A program made the translations under genes and the position numbers. A stretch of 64,000 bases of DNA from Rubinisphaera margarita (GTDB taxonomy: Bacteria > Planctomycetota > Planctomycetia > Planctomycetales > Planctomycetaceae): NCBI RefSeq assembly GCF_022267515.1, contig NZ_JAKFGB010000012.1, forward strand, positions 893,225-957,224. Reading direction: 5' to 3'. The stretch's first letter is position 1; the number at the start of each line of letters is the position of its first letter. Below, in pieces: positions 1 to 9,147 of this stretch. The notes below the pieces were generated by a model. It saw only the letters and a program-made list of their open reading frames with translations. It ran no database searches and was not told the origin of the DNA.

Positions 1-606
1 CCACACGGCACCGTGCTCGACGATACGCTTAACAATTTTCCGCCCAAGCGGCTCCCGTCCGGTCCATTTATGATGACTCGGCGCGACCACGTCCGGCAGG
101 TTTCGGTGATGATTGGCGGAGACGAGGCGTTCAATCAGTGGGAGATTTTCCCCCTGGCCAGCTACAACGCGAAAGGCCGGCCTGAAGAACCGTACTGGTA
201 CACGTTACCCGACGGCCAAACAATAGTCGGGCTGATTCGGGATAATGGTCGATCGGGACGGCTGTTGCGCACGGTCTCAGAAGACAATGGCAGAACGTGG
301 TCGCCGATTGTCAAAACAAACTTTCCCGACGCGACCAGCAAGTTCTTCGTACTCCGCACATCACGCGATTACTATGTGCTCGTCTCGAACTCCAATCCGA
401 AACGGCGTGATCCATTGACGCTCGCCGTCAGTCGGGACGGGGTTGTTTTCACGGACCTGTTCTACCTGGTTGGAGAGCGGCACATTGACTATCCGCACGT
501 GATCGAACACGATGGCCAACTCCTGATCGCCTTCTCCGGAGCCAAGCAGACAATGGAAGTGCTTCAGGTTGATCTGGACGACCTCGATATGATGATCGCC
601 GATTAA
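1..606 (+). CDS. BNR/Asp-box glycoside hydrolase (sialidase-like), C-terminal part; 5' end outside window
   Basis: ORF open at the window edge. Asp-box motifs SEDNGRTW and SRDGVVF. Paralogous to the 7160-8431 protein. Confidence 0.55.
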   Translation, partial: PHGTVLDDTLNNFPPKRLPSGPFMMTRRDHVRQVSVMIGGDEAFNQWEIFPLASYNAKGRPEEPYWYTLPDGQTIVGLIRDNGRSGRLLRTVSEDNGRTWSPIVKTNFPDATSKFFVLRTSRDYYVLVSNSNPKRRDPLTLAVSRDGVVFTDLFYLVGERHIDYPHVIEHDGQLLIAFSGAKQTMEVLQVDLDDLDMMIAD

Positions 607-619
607 GAAAGGCCTCAAC

Positions 620-2686
620 GTGCTCACCCGAATTGTTACTCTTCTGTTGATTTCCTTGTTGTCCGTACCGGCCGTGCAGGCAGCCGGTCAGGCGGCTCAA
701 TCTGCCGATGTGATCGTCTATGGCTCGACGCCTGGTGGTTTCTGTGCAGCTATCGCCGCAGCCCGTGAGGGAGCTTCGGTCATCCTGCTCGAACCGACGG
801 ACCATGTCGGCGGCGTGAATACCGGCGGACTGAGCTTCAGCGATTCCAACCAGACCGTTCGCAGCACGGTCATGGGACTCTTTGACGAGTGGCATCGCCG
901 CATCGAAGCCGATTACAGGCAGCGCGGGGTCAAGCTGCCCTACGATGTCAGCGTGAAAGATGCTTCGAAATGGACCTACGAGCCTCATGTGGCGGCGAAG
1001 ATCACGAAGGAGATGCTCGACGAAGCCGGCGTGAAGGTTCTGACCGGGAGCGTTTTGAATTCCGTTGAGAAGGACGGGGCCACGATTACGGCCCTGAAAA
1101 CCAAACGGGGGCATTTCGGCGGAAAAACCTTTATCGATGCGACTTACGAAGGCGACCTGATGGCCGCGGCTGGAGTCAGCTGGACAATCGGACGTGAAGG
1201 CCGCGAGAAATACGGCGAATCGCTGGCCGGGCGTCAGTTCCCCAAAGGCCGCATGCAGATCGATGGGTTCGATGACGAGGGGAATCCACTCCCGTTGATT
1301 ACCGCCACGGAAGCCGGCCCGGTTGAGGCGGGTGATGATCGTGTGATGGTCTACAGCTTTCGGCTCTGTCTGACGAAGGATCCCGCGAATCGCGTCCCCT
1401 TCCCTGCTCCGGAGAATTATGACCCGGCTCGCTTCGAAGTCGTCCGCCGCTACTTCGCCTGGGAAGAACGACCGCATCTGTTGTGGGATCTTTATCCGCT
1501 CCCCGGCAACAAGTTCGATGCCAACAACGGCATCGGAAAGCAGTTTTCAATGGGGCTCGTGGGAGGCTGTAACGGCTGGAGCGAAGCGAGTGCGGAAGAA
1601 CGCCAGCAGATGTGGGGAGAACACAAACAGTACACACTGGAGATGTATCACTTCCTGACTACGGACCCGGCTGTTCCCGAGCATTTGCGAAACGCGATGG
1701 CGGAGCTCGGCCTCTGCAAAGATGAGTTTCCTGAGTACGACCACTGGTCTCCGCAGTTGTATGTCCGTGAAGGACGACGGATGCAGGGCATGTACGTGCT
1801 CACTGAGAACGACATCCTCCGGAATCCCGAGAAGGATGATCCGATTGTCGTCTCTTCGTTCCCGATCGATTCCCACGATGTCCAGCGCGTTGCTACGAAG
1901 GACGGCTACGTCGTCAATGAGGGTACGATCTTTCCGGTGCGGATGCCCCGCCGACGGAACGGGTATCCGTATCACATCCCGTATCGTTCGATTCTCCCCC
2001 GGCAGAACGAATGCGACAACCTGCTCGTGCCGGTCGCGTTGTCCTGCACGCACGTCGCGATTTCTTCTGTGCGTGTTGAACCAACCTGGATGATTCTCGG
2101 CCAGAGCGCGGGAATCGCCGCAGCCATGGCAGCCAAACTCGATTCAGCCGTGCAGTCGCTGGAGTATCCCAAACTGCGAAGCCGACTGGTTGCTCAGGGA
2201 CAGGTGCTTGAACTCCCCGAACTCCCAGAGCTTCCGCCCGAGCCTGAAGTGGTTGTTTCGATCGATCCGAAATCCCTTCCGGGCATCATTCTCGATGATG
2301 CGGACGCCACGCTGAAGGGGAGTTGGGCGCGGTCGACCAACTTCAAGCCGCACATCGGCAGCGGGTATGTGCACGACGACCAGCGTGCTGATGGACAGTC
2401 GGTTGCCTTGTTCAAGTTCACCGCTGAAGAAGCGGGCGAATACGAACTGAGAATGGCTTACTCCGCTCATCCGACCCGGGCGACTGCCGTGCCGGTTTCG
2501 GTGACGAGTGGTTCGAACACCACTGAGTTCAATGTTGATCAGACGCAGGCTCTGCCGGACGGTAAGCACTTTCGCCCCATCGGGACGGTGACTCTGGAGG
2601 CGGGGTCGGAAACGACGCTCACGCTTTCAAACACGCAGACCGATGGCTTCGTGATCCTGGACGCGTTTCAACTGATCAGGAAGTAA
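620..2686 (+). CDS. Secreted FAD-dependent oxidoreductase with a C-terminal beta-sandwich-like module
   Basis: Signal peptide. N-terminal dinucleotide-binding motif VIVYGSTPGGFCAAIAAAREG. The C-terminal ~130 aa are homologous to a segment of the PSD1 protein at 34605-37472. Confidence 0.8.
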   Translation: MLTRIVTLLLISLLSVPAVQAAGQAAQSADVIVYGSTPGGFCAAIAAAREGASVILLEPTDHVGGVNTGGLSFSDSNQTVRSTVMGLFDEWHRRIEADYRQRGVKLPYDVSVKDASKWTYEPHVAAKITKEMLDEAGVKVLTGSVLNSVEKDGATITALKTKRGHFGGKTFIDATYEGDLMAAAGVSWTIGREGREKYGESLAGRQFPKGRMQIDGFDDEGNPLPLITATEAGPVEAGDDRVMVYSFRLCLTKDPANRVPFPAPENYDPARFEVVRRYFAWEERPHLLWDLYPLPGNKFDANNGIGKQFSMGLVGGCNGWSEASAEERQQMWGEHKQYTLEMYHFLTTDPAVPEHLRNAMAELGLCKDEFPEYDHWSPQLYVREGRRMQGMYVLTENDILRNPEKDDPIVVSSFPIDSHDVQRVATKDGYVVNEGTIFPVRMPRRRNGYPYHIPYRSILPRQNECDNLLVPVALSCTHVAISSVRVEPTWMILGQSAGIAAAMAAKLDSAVQSLEYPKLRSRLVAQGQVLELPELPELPPEPEVVVSIDPKSLPGIILDDADATLKGSWARSTNFKPHIGSGYVHDDQRADGQSVALFKFTAEEAGEYELRMAYSAHPTRATAVPVSVTSGSNTTEFNVDQTQALPDGKHFRPIGTVTLEAGSETTLTLSNTQTDGFVILDAFQLIRK

Positions 2687-2814
2687 TCGCTTGTGTTGCC
2701 CGCCGGGTATGCGTTCAGATTATGCCGCATCGATCCACGACAACGCGAGTCAGTCAGGTATACTGATTCCTCGAGCATTTTGCCCTCCCTGAAGCTTCAC
2801 AGGCTCAATCTTTC

Positions 2815-3528
2815 ATGACAGACATCACCCGACCGATCGTTCAGATTTCACTCGACCTGACGAATATCAAGGAAGCGATCGAGACTGCTCATCTCGCCAT
2901 GCGAGCCGGGGTCGACTGGCTCGAAGCGGGTACGCCTCTCATTCTCGCGGAAGGCCTGCACGGAGTTCGCGCTCTACGGCAGGAGTTTCCCGATGTTCCC
3001 ATCGTCGCCGACCTGAAAACAATGGACGGTGGTTATCTCGAAGCCGAAATGATGGCCAAAGCCGGCGCAACGCATGTCGTCGTGATGGCCCGGGCTCACC
3101 CCGAAACGATCAAGTGTGTCGTTCAGGCGGGCCGAGATTTTGGAGCAAAGGTCATGGGCGACAACCTCGGCTGTCCCGACATGGTTGCCGGGGCGAAGGA
3201 ACTCGAAGATCTCGGCTGCGATTACGTGATTCATCACATCGGCTACGATGAGAGACGCGGCATCGCCGCAGCGGGACATCGCATGCCCAGTCCGCTCGAT
3301 CAACTGAAAAAGGTTGTTGAAGCGGTGTCTGTTCCCGTGCAGGCAGTCGGTGGGCTTTCCCTTGAACAGGCGATTGCCTGCCCGGAGTACGGAGCTCCGC
3401 TTGTGGTTCTGGGAGCTCCGCTGACCATCGATGCCGATGCCTTCAAGACGGCAGACGGGAATCTCGAAGAGTCACTCAAGTTGATCTGTGATGCGGTTCA
3501 TCAACAGGAAGTCAGGACGCGTTCATGA
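2815..3528 (+). CDS. 3-hexulose-6-phosphate synthase / 3-keto-L-gulonate-6-P decarboxylase family (OMP-decarboxylase-like TIM barrel)
   Basis: Motifs QISLDL...IVADLKTMDGG...HHIGYD are typical of the HPS/KGPDC (UlaD-like) family. Stop overlaps the next gene. Confidence 0.7.
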   Translation: MTDITRPIVQISLDLTNIKEAIETAHLAMRAGVDWLEAGTPLILAEGLHGVRALRQEFPDVPIVADLKTMDGGYLEAEMMAKAGATHVVVMARAHPETIKCVVQAGRDFGAKVMGDNLGCPDMVAGAKELEDLGCDYVIHHIGYDERRGIAAAGHRMPSPLDQLKKVVEAVSVPVQAVGGLSLEQAIACPEYGAPLVVLGAPLTIDADAFKTADGNLEESLKLICDAVHQQEVRTRS

Positions 3529-4550
3529 AATCAGCAGCCGTTGTGAATTATGCCCCCAAAAAGGGCTCCGTCGAGATCCGTGAGATCGATGTCCCCGAGA
3601 TCGGTGCAGAAGACGTTCTTCTTGAGGTCGCCAATGTCGGTGTCTGCGGCAGCGATCTGCACCAATGGACCGCCGATCATTCCTGGCCAGTCAACTATCC
3701 CGTCGTGCTTGGTCACGAATTCGGCGGGCATATCGTCAGGACGGGAGCGAATGTCGCCGGCTGGAAAGAGGGCGACCGGGTTGTCTCCGAAACAGCCGCC
3801 ATTATCAGTGCCGACAATCCGATGACCCGCCGCGGACTGTATAACTTGGATCCGACACGAAAGGGCTTCGGGTACGGCGTGAACGGCGCCATGACGAAGT
3901 ACGTCCGCGTTCCCTCTCGAATTCTTCATCACGTGCCCGACGATCTGCAGTTCGAGCAGGCCTGTCTCACCGAGCCGTGTTGTGTGGCCTACAACGCCGT
4001 GGTGAAGAACGCCAGCATCGAGCCTGGCGATCGTGTTGTTGTGCTCGGACCAGGAACAATCGGGATTCTCTGTGCCGCGATGGCCCGGTTGTGCGGTGCT
4101 CAGGTGGCTGTCGTTGGACTGCCACAGGATGCCCAACGTCTAGAGATCGCCCGACAGTACGGTTGCGATGTCATCATTGGCGATGCAACCGAATGGGCCC
4201 GCGAACGGGATGGTCTGGGCTGTGATGGGGTGATCGATGCCGCCGGAGCCAGTGCCACCTTGAAGATCGCCATCGACATCGTGCGGCCGGCCGGGTGGAT
4301 CAGCAAAGTCGGATGGGGTCCACAGCCGTTGAACTTCAATCTCGATCCCATGGTGCAGAAAAATGTCACCCTGCAGGGGAGCTTCAGTCACAACTGGCCG
4401 ATCTGGGAACGGGTTATCGCCCTGCTCGCCAGCGGCCAGCTCGATGTCCGTCCGATTATCGGCGGCGTCTGGCCGATTACCGAATGGCACGAAGCCTTCG
4501 AGAAAATGCATCACGGCGAAGTCGTCAAAGCCGTCCTCAAACCTGTCTGA
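3525..4550 (+). CDS. Zn-dependent alcohol dehydrogenase (MDR family, sorbitol/threonine dehydrogenase-like)
   Basis: Zinc and catalytic motifs VCGSDLH, GHEFGG; Rossmann motif GPGTIGIL. Confidence 0.8.
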   Translation: MKSAAVVNYAPKKGSVEIREIDVPEIGAEDVLLEVANVGVCGSDLHQWTADHSWPVNYPVVLGHEFGGHIVRTGANVAGWKEGDRVVSETAAIISADNPMTRRGLYNLDPTRKGFGYGVNGAMTKYVRVPSRILHHVPDDLQFEQACLTEPCCVAYNAVVKNASIEPGDRVVVLGPGTIGILCAAMARLCGAQVAVVGLPQDAQRLEIARQYGCDVIIGDATEWARERDGLGCDGVIDAAGASATLKIAIDIVRPAGWISKVGWGPQPLNFNLDPMVQKNVTLQGSFSHNWPIWERVIALLASGQLDVRPIIGGVWPITEWHEAFEKMHHGEVVKAVLKPV

Positions 4551-4561
4551 TTGCCTGCCTT

Positions 4562-5446
4562 ATGCCCAAGCTTGCCGCCTTCCCCAAAGCCTACATGCAG
4601 GCCCTCTGTAAAGAGGGCACGATGACCGTCTCGGAGTGGATTGACCTTGCCGCCGATCTTGATGTCGATGGCCTCGAATGGTACGCCGGCTTCCTCGAAA
4701 TGGAGGACGAGTCGAACTGGCCGAAGTTTCGCGAACAGGTTGAAGCGATCGGCAAGACCATTCCCATGATGTGCTGCTCGCCTGACTTCACTCATCCCGA
4801 CGCTTCATTTCGTGAGCGGGAGATCGAGAAGCAGAAGCGATGGATCGATATGACGCACGTCCTCGGCGGCAGCTACTGCCGCGTCCTCAGCGGACAACGA
4901 CGCCCGGAACTTTCGATCAACGAAGGCGTCGCACTAGCCGCGGCATCGATCGAGGCCTGCCTCCCCTACGCCGAAGAGAGAAACGTGACGTTGATTCTCG
5001 AGAATCATTACAAGGACGATTTCTGGGAGTACCCCGAGTTCGCCCAGAAGATGGACGTCTTCTGCCTGCTCGTCGATGCGATTCAGCATCCGAACTTCGG
5101 CGTGAACTACGATCCCAGCAACACCTACCTGGCGGGCGAAGATCCACTCGAACTGCTGAAGCGGGTCTCACATCGGGTTCTGACGATGCACGCCAGCGAT
5201 CGATACCTGATTGAAGGCACGATCGAAGATTTGCGTCGCGAAGAAGGAGGCTCAGCCGGCTACGCCAAACGCCTCCGCCACGGCGAAATCGGCCAGGGCC
5301 TCAATGACTACGATGCCATCTTCGACGAACTCCGCGGAAAGGGCTTCAACGGCTGGATCAGCATCGAAGACGGCGTGGACGGCATCGACCAGCTGAAACG
5401 GAGCGTTTCGTTTCTACGGAAGAAGATAGTCGAGCACTGGGGATAA
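4562..5446 (+). CDS. Sugar phosphate isomerase/epimerase (xylose isomerase-like TIM barrel; UlaE/SgbU-like)
   Basis: The ORF track extends upstream in a frame that overlaps the ADH gene; the first ATG after the ADH stop is at 4562 (MPKLAAF...). Xylose-isomerase-like TIM barrel residues. Confidence 0.7.
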   Translation: MPKLAAFPKAYMQALCKEGTMTVSEWIDLAADLDVDGLEWYAGFLEMEDESNWPKFREQVEAIGKTIPMMCCSPDFTHPDASFREREIEKQKRWIDMTHVLGGSYCRVLSGQRRPELSINEGVALAAASIEACLPYAEERNVTLILENHYKDDFWEYPEFAQKMDVFCLLVDAIQHPNFGVNYDPSNTYLAGEDPLELLKRVSHRVLTMHASDRYLIEGTIEDLRREEGGSAGYAKRLRHGEIGQGLNDYDAIFDELRGKGFNGWISIEDGVDGIDQLKRSVSFLRKKIVEHWG

Positions 5447-5516
5447 CCGCACCGCGGGCAACAGTCGGCACGCAGCCGAACCGTCCGAACGGGGCGGCTG
5501 GAATCGGTGTCCTTGT

Positions 5517-6191
5517 GTGGACGTATGGCCCATCAAACCTCCTGCTCAATTGGATGACAACGTGTATATCCCCTCCTCGTTTGAGGTCGACGATTCTGAA
5601 ACGCTGCATGAGTTCATTGAGCGGTACAGTTTTGCGACGTTGATCACGACGGTCGACAGTGTGCCCTTTGCCACTCACCTTCCGCTGCTTCTTGACCGGA
5701 CCGCAGGCCCGTTCGGCACACTCCATGGGCATTTTGCGAAGGCGAATCCGCACTGGAGAAGCCTCGAGCAGTCCGGCGAATCGCTGGCGATTTTTCACGG
5801 GCCGCACACCTATGTTTCGCCGCGATGGTATTCAGGGGCGAAGCCAGCTGTGCCGACCTGGAACTACGCCGTCGTCCATGCCTACGGCACGGTCACATTG
5901 CAAACCGAGCCGGCGTGGCTCGATGACTTTCTGAGGCGAATGGCGATCAAATACGAAGCCGACGCCGACCAGCCGTGGCAGAACGATCTCCCCCCGGATC
6001 TCGACGACCAGCTGAAGCAGGCGATCGTCGGATTTGAAATGACCGTTACTCGACTTGAAGGGAAGTTCAAACTCGGCCAGAATCGCTCGGATGAGGATCA
6101 GCTCGGTGTGATTGCCGGACTGGATCAGGCCGGTCTTACTGAGATGGCCACGTTCGCGAGAGAACATCTCGACGCCAATCCGGACGATTGA
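5517..6191 (+). CDS. PaiB-family FMN-binding putative transcriptional regulator
   Basis: GTG start. Length and motifs (TWNYAVVHAYG, FMN-binding split-barrel) fit the PaiB family. Confidence 0.65.
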   Translation: MDVWPIKPPAQLDDNVYIPSSFEVDDSETLHEFIERYSFATLITTVDSVPFATHLPLLLDRTAGPFGTLHGHFAKANPHWRSLEQSGESLAIFHGPHTYVSPRWYSGAKPAVPTWNYAVVHAYGTVTLQTEPAWLDDFLRRMAIKYEADADQPWQNDLPPDLDDQLKQAIVGFEMTVTRLEGKFKLGQNRSDEDQLGVIAGLDQAGLTEMATFAREHLDANPDD

Positions 6192-6255
6192 CGCCCTGTG
6201 CGGTCTGTCTTCTCGGCTGAAAACTTCGCGCTCATTTTTCCCGCGGGACACCACA

Positions 6256-7125
6256 ATGCAGGGGCTTGAATCACTTCGCCAGCCGGACTTGCTGATCGCG
6301 TTCGCGGTCATGCTGGTAGCGTCGCTGGTCTGTTTCGGCCTTGGCTACTTCATCGCCGGGCGACTGACGCGTCGCGGACGCCCCCTCTTCCTGAGTCTGG
6401 TGCTGATCATGGGGGCAATCTGGTTTCTTTGGATCCAGGACGCCCCGTGGTTAATCGAGGTACTGCAAACCAGAAACGTGATTCTATACGGGAACTGGCT
6501 CAGCCTGTTTGCCGGACTGGGAGCGGGGACCGCGTTTCGCTCGATTCCTGGTTCCCTTGCTCGGCGGAGTGTGAACGCGGGTGTCTTCTTTCTGCTCGGG
6601 ATCGTCAGCCTGCTCCATCCGCTATGGGGTGATGTTCCTGTCTCGCGAAATGTCCCTGTGACCAACGGGATCTGTTTCCAGACCAGCGACGTCACCTGTT
6701 CCCCGGCCTGTGCCGCAACGGTTTTGTTGCAGCACGAGATCCCGGCAACCGAAGCCGAGATGATTCAGCTGTGTCTGACGAGAAAAGGAACGGCATGGCA
6801 GGGGCTTTATCGGGGGTTGGCACTCAAAACGGAAGGGACTCCCTGGCGGGTCGAAGTCTTCCACGGCGATTACGAAGATCTCAAGTCACTCACCCCCGGC
6901 TGGATCATTCTCAGCGTCGGTCTGCCGCAGTTCGGTGAGATCCCCAGTGTCTACGAAGACGACTATGGCTGGCGTCGGGGCGATCTGCACAGCGTCATCC
7001 TCCGAGAATTCAAAGAGGATGGCTATGTCTTGATGGTCGACCCCGACGTCGGCGAAGAGGCTTGGGCGCAGGATGATCTCAAGCTGCTGTACCGTGGCTT
7101 CGGCATGCGACTGGTGCCACGATAA
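6256..7125 (+). CDS. Membrane protein (4 predicted TM helices) with a C-terminal peptidase C39-like cysteine peptidase domain
   Basis: Start taken at MQGLESL, downstream of the ORF-track start. The motif QTSDVTCSPACAATVLL resembles the C39 catalytic Cys motif (Q..ECG.ACLAM). A His-containing segment lies downstream. Confidence 0.5.
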   Translation: MQGLESLRQPDLLIAFAVMLVASLVCFGLGYFIAGRLTRRGRPLFLSLVLIMGAIWFLWIQDAPWLIEVLQTRNVILYGNWLSLFAGLGAGTAFRSIPGSLARRSVNAGVFFLLGIVSLLHPLWGDVPVSRNVPVTNGICFQTSDVTCSPACAATVLLQHEIPATEAEMIQLCLTRKGTAWQGLYRGLALKTEGTPWRVEVFHGDYEDLKSLTPGWIILSVGLPQFGEIPSVYEDDYGWRRGDLHSVILREFKEDGYVLMVDPDVGEEAWAQDDLKLLYRGFGMRLVPR

Positions 7126-7159
7126 CCACCTGCGTTCAACGGTTTGAGACGGTGACGAC

Positions 7160-8431
7160 TTAGGCGTCGAGAGTCCAGCGGGCCTGACGCAAAACGGCGT
7201 GATGCCCGTTGCCGATGCCTTCGTACCAGACCGTCAACAGTGTGCCGTCATCGAGTTCGACCGTGCTGGGGTATCCCAGATCGCCGCCTGGTCCGTCATC
7301 GGAAATCGTGATCGGTTCGCACCAGCTATGACCGCAATCGGTGCTGACGCGAGCGAGATTTCCGTACGGCTTTCGACGATAGCCGTAGCTCATGAGCAGT
7401 CGTCCGTCTCGGAGTCGCGTGAGAAACGAGGGGAAGCCCCAGACGCCGATCGCTTTGGGTTCCGACCAGGTTTGACCACCATCGCTGGACTCGCTTTGAA
7501 GCGTCGCACTGGCGTCGACTTTGTTGTGGTTGCGGATATGGACAATGATTCGACCATCAGTCGCTTCGACGGCATGCAATTCGTGATAGGCTCCGGGATC
7601 ATCGCCGCTGCGCGTCGGAATCTCCGCCAGCCAGGACCAGGAGAGGCCATCGTCCTCAGAGACGCAGACGCCGATTCTTTTCGATCCGTTCCACAGTTCT
7701 TTCCCTGCATAAAGCAATCGGCCGTCCGAGAGTTCGATGGGCCCGTGCGGGCTGTTGACGATGGTCGGATATCGCTCTGACCAGGTTAGCCCACCATCGG
7801 TCGACCGGATCATCCATTCTCCCAGTTCCTGCTGTCGCTGTTCATCCGAGAGGCGGTTGTGGGCGGCCATCCACTGCTTCAGGCGTTTTTTCGGCCAGGG
7901 TTTGACCTTTTTCTTCTCCTTCTCGTCGTCATCCTGTTCCAGTTCCTGCTCTTCAGCGTTTGTCTTGTTCTTCTTTTTGTTTTTCTTCTCGGAGATTCGT
8001 TCCAGCTCCGCGTTGAGCAGCGGTTCGTAAGCCAGTGAAGTGAACGTCGTCACAAGCAATGTTCCGCGCGACGTTTCGAGAATGCCCGCATCCCGGTCGT
8101 CGATGGCTCCGTCGAGAATTGTTCGGGGCCAGGTCCAGGTTTCGCCATTGTCGTTTGATCGCATCATCTGCACAGCCCCGAACGGACAGACGTGCCCGCC
8201 CCGGTCTCCCGACCAGACAACGATCAGCTCCCCATTGGTTCGGCGTGTAACAGTCGGCCAGCCACAATAGCCCTTCGGGCCAGTGGTAATCGTTTTGATG
8301 TCCCGGGGGCTGCATGGTTCGCCTGCCCGGCTGGGGAGCGGATTGATGAGCGAAACCGTGCCGGCGACCGATGTGCCGAGGAATGTGCGGCGAGTGACGC
8401 GACCAAAAGAAGTTTCAGAGCGATTCTGCAT
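7160..8431 (-). CDS. Tat-secreted BNR/Asp-box sialidase-like glycoside hydrolase with a Lys/Glu-rich insertion
   Basis: Twin-arginine signal (RRTFLGTSVAG). Five Asp-boxes (SNDNGETW, STDGGLTW, SEDDGLSW, SSDGGQTW, STDCGHSW). A ~60-aa charged low-complexity insert (EKKNKKKNK...EKEKKKVKP) is present. Confidence 0.7.
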   Translation of the reverse strand: MQNRSETSFGRVTRRTFLGTSVAGTVSLINPLPSRAGEPCSPRDIKTITTGPKGYCGWPTVTRRTNGELIVVWSGDRGGHVCPFGAVQMMRSNDNGETWTWPRTILDGAIDDRDAGILETSRGTLLVTTFTSLAYEPLLNAELERISEKKNKKKNKTNAEEQELEQDDDEKEKKKVKPWPKKRLKQWMAAHNRLSDEQRQQELGEWMIRSTDGGLTWSERYPTIVNSPHGPIELSDGRLLYAGKELWNGSKRIGVCVSEDDGLSWSWLAEIPTRSGDDPGAYHELHAVEATDGRIIVHIRNHNKVDASATLQSESSDGGQTWSEPKAIGVWGFPSFLTRLRDGRLLMSYGYRRKPYGNLARVSTDCGHSWCEPITISDDGPGGDLGYPSTVELDDGTLLTVWYEGIGNGHHAVLRQARWTLDA

Positions 8432-8478
8432 CGGCGTCTTCTCCTCGTATTCATGAAAGGGAATGAAGTGTATCGACT

Positions 8479-9111
8479 TTAAAACAGCGTCCGTCGCTTC
8501 TGGTTGAATTCCACAAGCACGTCCGGTCCGGCCGGATGGAGCAGGCCTGCCAGCGGTTCCCTGTCGATGACATCGGGACTCAACCAGCGGGTCTGGTCTT
8601 CAAAGCTGGTTAGAACGATCGGCATGCGGTGGTGCCCGACACTGGCGATCAGCGGGTTTGGTTCGGTGGTGAGGAACGTGTACGACTCCACCGTTTCTTC
8701 GTCGTTACGCCAGCGTTCCCACAGTCCGGCGAACGCGAATGGCTCTCCACTCGGCTGGGCGAACCAGTGCTCTTTCTCATCGAAGCGAAGAACGGGGATT
8801 AGACAACGGCGGGACTTGAAAGCGGCTCGATACGTCGGCTTTTCGTGCACCGTTTCGGAGCGGGCGTTGAAGCACTGCCGCTGGAACGATTTGCGGGACT
8901 TTGACTTCGCGGAAGGCTTCCACCATGGAGGAAGCAGGCCCCATTGCATCGGCACAAGTTCGCGTTCGCCATCGGCATCGAGACGAACGACCGGTCCCAT
9001 CGAGAGCGGGTAGAGATCCTGATCGAAGTCGTCGTGGCATTCATTGCGGACGACATCGAAGATCTCGGCGAGCATGGCCGGGCTGACATTGACGTTGTAT
9101 CGATGGCACAT
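8479..9111 (-). CDS. SOS response-associated peptidase (SRAP; YedK/HMCES family abasic-site DNA-protein crosslink enzyme)
   Basis: N-terminal MC (Cys2), and ARSETV / RRCLIP motifs. Starts 36 nt downstream of dnaE2 on the same strand. Confidence 0.85.
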   Translation of the reverse strand: MCHRYNVNVSPAMLAEIFDVVRNECHDDFDQDLYPLSMGPVVRLDADGERELVPMQWGLLPPWWKPSAKSKSRKSFQRQCFNARSETVHEKPTYRAAFKSRRCLIPVLRFDEKEHWFAQPSGEPFAFAGLWERWRNDEETVESYTFLTTEPNPLIASVGHHRMPIVLTSFEDQTRWLSPDVIDREPLAGLLHPAGPDVLVEFNQKRRTLF

Positions 9112-9147
9112 CCCACTATTGAACTCGATTGACGCGGTCTTCGCAAT

